Shown: piece by piece, positions 13,157-23,049 of the stretch | Layout: each line of letters opens with the position of its first letter | Position numbering within the stretch: the first letter of the stretch is position 1 | NCBI GenBank assembly: GCA_050084515.1 | Contig: CM114271.1 | Location: 36,022,001-36,086,000 of the forward strand | Direction of reading: 5' to 3' | Source: Blasia pusilla | Taxonomy: Eukaryota | DNA length: 64,000 bases | Notes under the pieces: generated by a model | Seen by the model: only the letters and a program-made list of their open reading frames with translations | Databases searched by the model: none | Told to the model about the DNA's origin: nothing | Program-made: the position numbers and the translations under genes

Positions 13157-14157
13157 TGTCGCGACCCTCATGACCAAACAAGTGCCAAGCGGAACATCGG
13201 AACATTAGCGGGCTCACGCTAAGATGGTTTGCGCGTTGGAGTTGTCTCAAGGAGGAGACAAGAGACGAGACGCGAGCGAGAAGTCGCGTTTCAGATGTGA
13301 TGGTCGCGACTCAGAAACCTGGACCAAACGCGGAATGAGACTTGAAAGAAGTCGAGTCTAGGAAGTGGGTTGCCAAAGGAAAGATCCGGATTTGGAACGC
13401 CACTTGCGTTTGAGAGTTTCCGACTGTATTTATGGCCATAACTTTTAGCGCCGAGATGCGTTTGGAGCAAATAAGGGTGCGTTGGAAAGCTTATGGAGAA
13501 CCAGTCCAAACGCACCAAAGATCACTGCAAACGCATAAGCAGCAGCCAAGATACGACCCAAAAACGACTGTAAATGGAGTCGGGTTGAGGGCCACAATGA
13601 AGGCCCGAACCTCTTTTCCCAAAGGGAAGGGGTTATTGGAGAACCCCAGAAGTACTAGTAAGGGGGAAGGTCTCCGAGAATGCTTGGAACCCAAACCCCA
13701 CTTTGGGCGCCGCGGGGCCGCTCAAGGGCATGAAACGGAACGCGAGTTTGGGCGTTGGGTTGGAAAACCTGCACCAAGTCCATTGAGGCGATTTTAGACA
13801 TCCCTCTTGGATTTCACGCCGCGACTCAATTACTTGGGTCTCGGTTCGGAACTCACACGAGAACCGTTGAACAGTTGGGATCGCTAGGCGTGCAAGTGCC
13901 GTTTCAGATCCCTGGACTAACCAGGAAGTCTGTTCCAAGTCTTGAAGGACTTGCCATGTGTGGGGAGCTAGGAACTAAGGAAGGTTGAGCTTGATGAGAT
14001 GCCGAGTTGAGGACTCGGTGGGTTGGAACGCCGGTTGGCCAAACCCGACTAACGAGAGTGCGTGTTTGGGTGCAGATCGGCGATGAGTTCGTGACCTACT
14101 GAACGCACGCTTCCGCAACACTAAAGATTGACGTTCAAGGAGAGTAGGGGCGCGACA
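13157..14157. mobile_element. Nested solo-LTR-like insertion (1001 bp)
   Basis: Termini TGTCGCGACCC...GGGGCGCGACA; perfect 5-bp TSD TTGGA (13152-13156, 14158-14162); absent in copy 2. Confidence 0.85.
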
Positions 14158-14214
14158 TTGGAGTAGATGCTCGAGCCGTCCACGTCAGATTCATGGTAGG
14201 CTGTAACTGCTAGG

Positions 14215-14847
14215 ATGGCGAAGATGCCCACTAGACCCGAGATAGAGCATGCCATGGTTTTTCTTGGTGTTTTGTTGCTGGAGAAACGGGGAGAGGTCTT
14301 CCAATTGGTGAGTCCCGGAGGTAGAGCTTTTAGTCCGCAGCGTGTCTTGTTAGATTCAAGAGCGCAACCCCTGATGTTGGGGAAAGCGTCATTAAGAGGA
14401 TTGGGCTTGACGAGAGCCGATGTGGAGCGTTTTCCATTCCGGATACAGATATCCTTGGATGGAGAGAGTACCACACAATATATCACCCGACATGAGGTTG
14501 TGGTGAGGATTTTCCTAGGACATCCTACAGATGAGTCTGTGGTGCGAGCCAAGGCCATAGTGACTGATGCAGAGTCCTACGACGTCTTGGTTGGTGGAAC
14601 ATTGTTATATCCAATGGGGTTTTTCCTGGATTACTGGGAGAAGTCAGCGTCCTACAGACTAGGATGGCAGTCAGGTGATGGGCCCCTTAGCTCATTACCT
14701 GTTCGATTCACAGATGCAGTGATCGAGCGACGGCGAGGAGAGATGGCGACCTTAGCAACATTTAGTAGTGCCATCACTTGTCTTAGTGATTTGATTGAGG
14801 GACATGTCCATCCAGAGTATACTTTCGTTTATGATATTCCTATGTAG
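14215..14847 (+). pseudogene. Retroviral-type aspartic protease domain of gypsy pol
   Basis: RVLLDSRAQPLMLG (degenerate D-S-G) and YDVLVGG (D-x-L-x-G) motifs. Confidence 0.8.
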
Positions 14848-15060
14848 AGTAGTGTCATGGTAGTTGCATCAGTCTGTGGAGGAAAGGTGCCGTTTTTGGG
14901 CTCGACTGAGGAGCTTCGACGCTTAGCCATTGAGCATGTGCAAACCGTGTGGAGCGAGACGTTTGCACTTGAGTATGACGGATTAGAGGAACCCCAAGTA
15001 GGTAGGAGTGTTACTATGACCCCTTTGGACACCATCCCAATTTTGTGGTGCATCCCAAAG

Positions 15061-16000
15061 AAGGGTATTTGGGTGTTGGATCTCTTTGGAGGGATCAACA
15101 CTAGGTTAGTTGCTGTTTTGCACGCTGGAGTGTGCGTGCAGCAATACCTATATGTGGAGATTGATGATGTTACGAGGCACGCTTCACTTCACCATGTGGC
15201 GTTGTTACTCCTTCATTTTCTCGACTTGTTGTCTGCGTCCGCCATTCAAGATTACCAGAGTTCCTTATCGAGGGATATTTCATTGTTGGGGACGCAGGAC
15301 TTGGAGCGGGTAGGGACCATAGACTTGGTCATTACTGGTTGGCCGTGTCACGGCCAATCAAGTGCTAGACAAAGAAGCTTGTTAGCTTTTGGAAGATGAT
15401 GCGGATCTTGCGACATTTAAAGGAGCATCACCCTTCTTCTCCAGCATATATTTTGTAGAATATGCCAATTTTGGGCGATTTGAGGTCCCACGTGGTGACG
15501 AGTGCACATCATGTTCGAGCAAAGATTTTCCCGACAGTGTTGTTAGATGCGGTGAGTGTAGGTTCTAGAGCATACCGCCCGTGTGTTTGGTGGACCAACT
15601 TGATGCCACATCAGGTATTGCGGAGGGCATATGCGAGAGTGGAGCGCTCCTCTGATTTGTTGGTGGATTCTATATTGGATTTGGGCGGTCAATCACACGC
15701 TGTCAGGCACGATGATGGACCGCCGTTGATTGTGGTCAACAGGATTGGCATGCCACGAGCAGCCTTTTCCACATTGGTGAGTTTTCGTGCTACCTATGCA
15801 TTCAAGGAGGCCGGACCTAGTTTGGTTTGGGATGACCAGGTACAGAGGTTGGTGGAGCCCAACGCCGATGAGCAAGAGCAAGCGATGGGATTTCCCACAC
15901 GAGTGAGAGCAGTACCGTCACTACCGGAGGCAACACGACGTCATGTCTTGGGTCAGGAAATGGACCTGAACTGCTTGACATGGATTGTAAACTTAGGAGT
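15061..16000 (+). pseudogene. DNMT3-like C5 cytosine DNA methyltransferase domain embedded in gypsy pol
   Basis: Ordered motifs: I VLDLFGGI, II YVEID, IV DLVITGWPCHGQS, VI YIL*NM (ENV in copy 2), VIII DAVSVGSRAYRPCVWWTNL (AHRPRLWWTNL in copy 2), IX EQAMGFP, X RRHVLGQEMD. One frameshift near 15370 and a stop at 15456. Confidence 0.9.
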
Positions 16001-16304
16001 AGCTGAGCAACGTCGTTTGAGGATGCGATGCATCACAAAAGTTGCGTTGGTGAGCCCCATGCCTATCGAGACAGTTGAGGCATTGGCTGGGGGTGAGACC
16101 CAAGGAGATCGACACACCAGGGGTGATCGGGAGAGACACCCTTGGACTTCTTGGGATGTTTTGCAGGTACATCCGGAGATGATAGCCACAACATTGAGTG
16201 TGGTTCCAGATACCACACGTGGAGATGAGAGTTCTATTGTCCGAGACGAGGTTACACCATAGAAACCACCGACACCCGCGTCGGAGAGTCCTATTGTAGT
16301 CACA

Positions 16305-17778
16305 ATGGAGACTTGGGAGCCAGATATGGGCCCTAAGTTGACAAGAGGAGAGCAGTGCTGGATACACCAGTTCCTTTGGAGTTATAGGAGCTATTTTGCA
16401 TTTAGTATGCATGATTTGGGTATGCTGAAGGGTCCAGGGATCCGCATTGAGTTATCGAGTGACAAGCCGATCTTCCAACGACCCTTCAGGTATAGTGACA
16501 TGGAGAGGGCTCTGATTCACCGTAGGATCCAGGACTTGGTTGGAGCACGACTAGTGGAGATGTCGCATGGAGAGTATGCATCTACCACTATCATGCCCGC
16601 CAAGAAGGATGTGCATGGAAATTGGACGGATAGGCGGATGTGTGGAGATTACCGACCTATCAATCGGAAGACAAAGTTTGATAGGTATGCCATGCCCACC
16701 CCTGAGGAGATCTTTGATGCGATTGGGCATACAAAGATCTTTAGTTCATTGGATTTGCGAGCTGGATACCATCAATTGCCTATCAGAGTAGAGGACAGGC
16801 ACAAGACGGCATTTTGGGGCATCAATCCTCACGGGAAGGATTGTTTGTACCAATGGCGGTTCTTACCATTTGGGTTAAAGAACGCCCGGCTGAATTTCAG
16901 AAGGTCATGGATAGGATCTTGGCAGGTTTGGATTTTGCTAGGTGTTATATTGATGACATCGTAGTCTTTAGCGCCACAATTGAGGAGCATGAGCGACATC
17001 TAGAGGAAATGTTTCGACAATTGCTCTTACATGGGCTAAAGTTACATCCATGCAAGTGCAAGTTCTTCCATGGCTAGATTGAGTACTTGGGTCATACGAT
17101 ATACCTAGGGGGACTTGGTGTGCAATCGATGAAGGTAGAGGCTATTTCACGCATTCCACGCCCTACAGATGTGAGTCGAGTTCGTGCATTAATGGGATTG
17201 GCGAACTTCTATCGACGGTACGTCAAGGGTTTCAGTGTGATTACGAAGCCGCTAATCTTGAAAACCAAGGTAGATCAAGAGTGGCACTTGGAGGATGAGC
17301 AAGAGAGAGCATTTCAGATGCTCAAGGAAAGATTGACGTCCGCATCCATATTGAGGAGACCAATCAAGGGGCGTTCTTTCAATTGCTTATCGATTGGAGC
17401 ATGTTGGGGCTTACAGCCGTGCTCACCCAGCATGACGATGATGGTAGAGAGTTCATGGTGGCTTATGCTAGTCGCTCGAACAACGCTGCAGAGGTTAAGT
17501 ATAGCTCGTATAAGGGTGAGTGCTTGGCTGTAGTGTGGGCTGTTGCACATTTTAGATGTTATCTATTCGGAAATCCCCTTACCATCATTACTCATCATGA
17601 GCCACTTAAGTGGTTAATGGAGTCCGACAAGCTTACAAGAAAGCTTGCGAGGTGGGCTCTTTTGTTGCAGGAGTATGATTTCCAGGTGGTGCATAGACCT
17701 GGGACGCTCAACCAGGATGCAGATGGTTTGAGCCATAACCCATGCTTGAGTCAGCAAGATATGACTCGAGCTCATTAG
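16305..17778 (+). pseudogene. Reverse transcriptase and RNase H of gypsy copy 1
   Basis: RMCGDYRPIN, SLDLRAGYHQ, LPFGLKNA, YIDDIVVF; RNase H DWSMLGLTAVLTQ, VAYASRS, ECLAVVWAV, LARWALLLQEYDF. Confidence 0.95.
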
Positions 17779-18109
17779 CATGGTGAGAGTGATGAGGAGT
17801 TGGTGCTAGGATGGCATGCTTCAGCCTATTTGGGCTTGGTGGCTATGGAGAGCCAGATTCTTGAGACTTTGATGGCGAGGTCTGATGGAAAGTCCTTAGA
17901 TCCAGAGGCCGGTGAAGAGACAATACGTGACCGAGATATTCACGACAATGGAGTGGTCTTGGAGTATCTGTGTATTGGCAGCGTCGCGAGCACAGTGGGT
18001 ATGAGAGAGCGGGATCGGATCCTACAGTGAGCCAGACGGTTTCGGTGGGAGGGCACACATGTATTACGAGTGTGGGCGGATGGTAGAGTGCGTGTAGTGC
18101 CTCATCCTT

Positions 18110-19200
18110 TGTAGAGAGCACGTTTGGTGCGTCATGCCCACGAGGAGTTGGGTCATTTTGGAATGAAGCGGACGTACAGCTTGCTCTAGATTTAGTATTG
18201 GTGACGAGGCATGCAGATTGACGTTCAGCAGTTTGTTGCCAGATGCATGGTGTGTGATCGAGTCCGAGCATCGTTCAATGCTTTGACTCCATAGTTGCAT
18301 CCACTTCCGATCATGGATTTAGGTTATAGATGGAGTTTGGATTTTGCAGGACCTTTGCCTTTGACGGAGCGCCATAGTCGTTATGTGTTGGTGATGGTCG
18401 AGCACTTCTTGAAGTGGATAGAGTTAGTTGCATTGCCTGACAAAGCGAGTGAGGGAGTAACGTATGCCTTCCTAGATCGAGAGCTGAGTCATTACGGTGT
18501 ACCAGCTGAGGAGTTGACAAACCAGGACATGGTTGCGGGGAGTTTCAGGCCTTGTGTGATCAGGCACCAATCAACCACCGCACTAGTTCGCGAGATCATC
18601 CTGAGGCGGATGGACTAGCGGAGCTGGTTGTGCGGACGATGAAGAGAGGACTACACAAGTATGGCTTGTAGAGAGGTCACCTAGGAGATTGAAAACCTTT
18701 AGTTGTCGTGGTTGGCGATGGGATACAAATTCAGCAGGGAGGCATCCTTAACGTCTTTCTCACCATACTTGTTGCTTTATGGCCGAGAGCCAGATTTACC
18801 TGCAGCCATTTTTCGAGATGTTGGTGAGGTGTTGAACCTTGAGGACCCTGATGCATGGATGTGAGCATGTTCTTAGAGGGCTGAGTTGTTTCGGAGAGTG
18901 ATGCCCATGGCGTTTGAGAACTTGGCAATTGCGCAACATCGAGATACGTTGAGGTATGCAACTATTCGTGGAGGTGGTTATCGACCTACTATCTAGAGGT
19001 TTCATTAGGGACACTATGTCTACTTGCAGCAGACGGCACCCACGATGTTGGATGTGACTGCAAGACGCACCATCTTGAGAGTGCGTGAGGTTTTGCCATC
19101 TAGTGTTCTCTTATTGGAGGGACGCGATGGTATGGTTTGGAAGGACCATGTGCGTAATTATACGCCATGTCATCTTCTGAACTTTGACGGTACACTTGAT
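18110..19200 (+). pseudogene. Integrase (HHCC zinc finger, catalytic core, C-terminal domain) of gypsy copy 1
   Basis: HAHEELGHFG...CMVCDR; WSLDFAGPLP..YVLVMVEHF..WIE; several stops and frameshifts. Confidence 0.9.
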
Positions 19201-19230
19201 CTGAGCTTAGCAATAGTTCCTGCAGGCTTG

Positions 19231-19374
19231 CGATTTATGTTGTGTGGTTCCTCCCGTAGTGCAGCCACTATGCTAGTCAGTGATGGGTGTTCGAGAGGAT
19301 GGCATATAGCATGTTTGATGCCATCTCTCACTAGGATTCTTGAGGGACGATGGATGTGTCCCACATGTTCATAG
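19231..19374 (+). pseudogene. PHD finger at the C-terminus of pol
   Basis: (F)MLC...MLV(S)DGCSRGWHIACLMPSL..ILEGRWMCPTC fits C4HC3 spacing; two Cys are one substitution away (TTT, AGT from TGT). Confidence 0.85.
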
Positions 19375-19465
19375 AATAGGTAGTTCTACATTCCGACTTG
19401 TGTCTGTGACATGAATGACATGAAGGCGACTAACGATGGGGCCACATGAGCACATTAGCGTCCGA

Positions 19466-19829
19466 GAGGAACTTACTATTTTAGATAAGTATCATTTTGA
19501 GTATATGATCGACTTTCTATTTTTGGTAAGTGACCCTTGACTTCCTACATCAAGTCAAGAGCCTAGGAGGTGACTTGGAAGCATAGGTTACCATGGAGAG
19601 AGCTTCGGAGAGGGGAGGGGTATACCTCAATCAGAGAGAGTTTGACAGCTCATTCTCTCTTTGTTGAACCTCTTGGCATGAGACGGCGGAGCTATGGTCT
19701 TGCTTGCCTTGTGTGTGTAACCCGAGCCTCTCATTAGGAGAGTGGGTTTGGTTTGACATTGAGAGAGATATGTGAGAGTGCACACATGTAAGAACTATGG
19801 TGTTGTGAGAGAGATTGGATCTTATTTTA
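19466..19829 (+). repeat. 3' direct repeat 'B' of gypsy copy 1, followed by unique terminal segment C (19830-19956)
   Basis: Aligns to 7213-7417 plus 8057-8217; segment C aligns to the solo unit end (7418-~7545, minus). Confidence 0.9.
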
Positions 19830-20054
19830 TTGGAGATATTTTGGTACTTCTTGTCTTGTTGTTTTAATGCCATGAGTTAGCATGGGATCGTTTGTGTTTG
19901 TGTGTGTGTTCGATGACAGCGATGTATGTTGTGTAGCGATGTGTATGCGCACGATAATTATGATAACAAGTATAAGGCCACATAACGCTTTAAGCATATG
20001 GGGAATTCAAAGTGTGTATGGAATGCACTTTGTGGGATCTTGAATGCTTGGAAT

Positions 20055-20186
20055 CTTTGTAAGAAATATAAATAAGTTAAGTGTAGGTTTGAAAAATGAG
20101 CTTTGTAAGAAATATTAATAAGTTGAGTGTACGTTTGAAAATGAGTTTTGTAAGAAATATTAATAAGTTAAGTGCAGGTATGAAAA
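20055..20186. repeat. ~45-bp tandem repeat, three copies
   Basis: (C/T)TTTGTAAGAAATAT.AATAAGTT.AGTG.A.GT.TGAAAA repeated near 20055, 20101 and 20146. Confidence 0.8.
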
Positions 20187-21369
20187 TGTTCTGATAAACT
20201 TTGGTAATAATAATTTGATTAAAAAATTTGGAAATAATAATTTTAGTAACTAAAGAGTTAGTAGAAAGGTTAACTCTTTGGTTAAAGTTAGCCTTTTTGC
20301 TTTCTTCCATAGCTTGAAAATTTTGGTGAGAGAGACTTTGTACATGTGATGATAACTTTGTATTATGATGATGAATTTGGTCTAACTAATAGAGTGACCT
20401 GGTGTAATCTTGAAGCAAAACGTGTGCATGAGAGCCTTGACATTGCAAGATAGGAGCTAGTTGAGAAGCAAATGAACATGGATTGCAGATGATCTACGGA
20501 CGACGCATGCAATACTTGTTTTGATATGGAAAAATAAGCTCAATAACAAGACCAAGTAAGGTAGAAAAGCAGGGCAAATAAATGAGTAGTGTTAAATTAA
20601 TGGTGAAGTGTGACAATTTTGAATGTAAAGATGTTGAAAATAGTTGAAGAACACACTGTAGAAAATAAAGAATGAGTGATGTGAATCAAGAATGTTTCAA
20701 GGTTTCAACTTATACAAATCTTGAGTTTTGGTGCAACCATGGAGGTAGGGGCATCTTTGTTATCACGTGAAAAATTCTCATACCATTCTGGAGATACCAT
20801 TCCTTTTCTTGTGTGATGATGCCATGTATCCGACCGTTAGTGACACCCTAGCCTTCTCCCAGAATGTTGGAGAAAGCCCAAGATAATCGCAAAATCTCAT
20901 CTGGGTTTCAATAGGCTGAATATAATATGGTGCATATATATATGGATTTGGCATACTATGAATATCGTTGAGGATCATGCTAGAAAAGTCCATGTAATTT
21001 ATTGGAGTATGTAGGGATGTTAGAAACAATAAGTAGTGTAATATAGGGAAGTGAAGTTAACACAGAAAGAGTATTAGCTACCTGCTGATGGGTAGTATCT
21101 GTTGAGGACCGTTGGGAATGAATTGATGTAGTGTTGTGGTCATGCAAGGCTTTCGCATGAGATTAAGCTTGCTGGATGTGCTGCATGTATGATATTGGTT
21201 GATTTGAGGTAGAGGCATTACTCTTACCTTTAAATCTTGTTGCATTATCTTAAGATGTCATTCTGAGCAATCAATAGTCAGTAGATCACCAAGAAGATGA
21301 ATGATAAAGAATTCTATCCAAAAGTGAAGAAATCAAAAGGCTCCAAGTGTCAAAGTATCCTAATGTGAT

Positions 21370-22610
21370 CGCTACTTTGGGTTAGGCCCGAGAGAGCATA
21401 ACATAAACCAAGCCGCGTGCAAATGAAAATTTCACTACAATTAGCACTTGGCTTTGATAGTTAGCCCTTGGCTTTAAAGACTTGTCATGGCATAGCCAAG
21501 GGAAAGAGAGAAGGTCTTCTTGTTATACTTATAGTCAGAATCGTGTTAGAGAAAGCGAAGTTTGTTTTTGTGCTTAGTTATAGTGTGACCATAAGTAGCA
21601 ATCCTAACAAAAATGGACATAATATCACCATCTATGAAATGGACATTGTCAATCACTCCATGCTAACCATTTAGAGCATGCAAATTAAGGTTAATGTTAG
21701 ATGTGAGCATGGCTCTTCATCCAATAGCAAGAAAAGGTAATTGGTGGAAGTCTGGATCGTCTTGCCAAGAAGTGAGCTAAAACATTGTAGGAGCATCAAT
21801 GAATATTGTAACAGGAATGATAAAAGCCTATCCAAAGAAACGTTTCAAGCATACAACAATTAAATTTAAAGAGGACATTTGATCAATGGAAACAAATTAT
21901 TGTAGCATCTCCAATGAGAAAATAAACGGAATTGTCTTCTCTTATGAACATAATCATAAGAGTGAATGACATGAGATAACAATTATTGTTAGTATTGTCT
22001 CATATCATTCATTCTTATCTTAGTTGTCTTCTCTTATGACATAATCATATCTTGCTATAATATGGAGTAGATGGGGTGTAAGTATTAAACACTCATAAAT
22101 AATTACTCCATTATATTCTCTCAACTTTATGCTTGAATCAAAGGTTGCATGCATATATGGAACTTCTCCCTTGATTGGAATACAAAATCTTGAATGAACA
22201 ATAGTTGCTTTAGTATGCAAGCAAACAACTACAATGCCAACTGTTGTTGTTAGCAATACTCGCAAGCTTTTAGATTTCTAATAATCAAACATAAAGTTGA
22301 GGAGATGAGTCCATTGGGGTGAGTCAAATGAAATAAGATCTTTGTCTGATTTAAAGGATATTTTGTGAAGAATTTGAGTGAAAAAACTCACTCTACTGGT
22401 GGTGGTGGTACGATTTTTGTAGATTGTATAAGCGTGGTAATCATGTAAAAAATATTGCCTTAAAAATTTGTTCCAATGAGTGCAGATGGCAGATTTCCTT
22501 TGGGAATCTTTACAACTAGGTTCTTAGACAAGAATTGGTCAAAGGTAGTAGATTCTAGAGTTTCAGGTCTATGATAGTAGATCGCGACATGGTGCATGTA
22601 GGGTACCAAT
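21370..22610 (-). pseudogene. PIF1-family helicase remnant, probably Helitron RepHel
   Basis: Minus-strand fragments VLLTTTVGIVVVCL..TIVHSRFCIP..VIIYEC (motifs Ia, Ib, II), AMLTSNINLNLHALNG and VYVMLSRA (motif VI); heavily decayed. Confidence 0.7.
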
Positions 22611-23049
22611 AGGGTTGCATGAGGACATTTCCATGTTTTTGCTAGGGACGAGTATGTTCGTGATGGCCAATCCACCCGTATCTTGCACTCAGGCCCGCCC
22701 TGCCCGCACTTGATCCTTGCCCGCATCCTTCTTGCGACCTTGGCTTGTTTTGGGCCCCTTCAGACCACACCCATTAATGTTTCTCCCTTGTCTCACCTGC
22801 TTGGGCCTTGTGCTGGCTGTGCAAGCTATGCGGGCTCTCGCATTTGGACCCCGTTTGGCATGCGTAGGAGGGGTGTGGGCTAGACGCGGGATGGGCATGG
22901 GCCAAACACAAGAGGGGCGCAAGAGGGGTATAGGCCAGATGCGGGTTGGGGGCGGGCCAAAAGTGGGCGGGGGTTGTGGTAGAGAAGGAGGACACGGTGC
23001 AAGAAGGGAAACAGGATAGCATGTCCAAACTTGTCTACACAAGTCCGTA

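Larger units (their letters stand above)
7059..19956 (+). mobile_element. Ty3/gypsy retrotransposon, copy 1 (gag-PR-DNA methyltransferase-RT-RNaseH-IN-PHD), degenerate, with three nested insertions
   Basis: Starts TGTCACG, ends GCACGATA (GCACGACA in the solo copy); flanks GTTA/ATTA (4-bp TSD, one mismatch); ~360-bp direct repeat near each end; gypsy domain order RT-RH-IN. Confidence 0.92.

Noticed and set aside
15061-16000. Bacterial restriction-modification methylase or host DNMT3 gene
   Set aside because: No partner nuclease or introns; in frame with pol domains and at the same position in two element copies.
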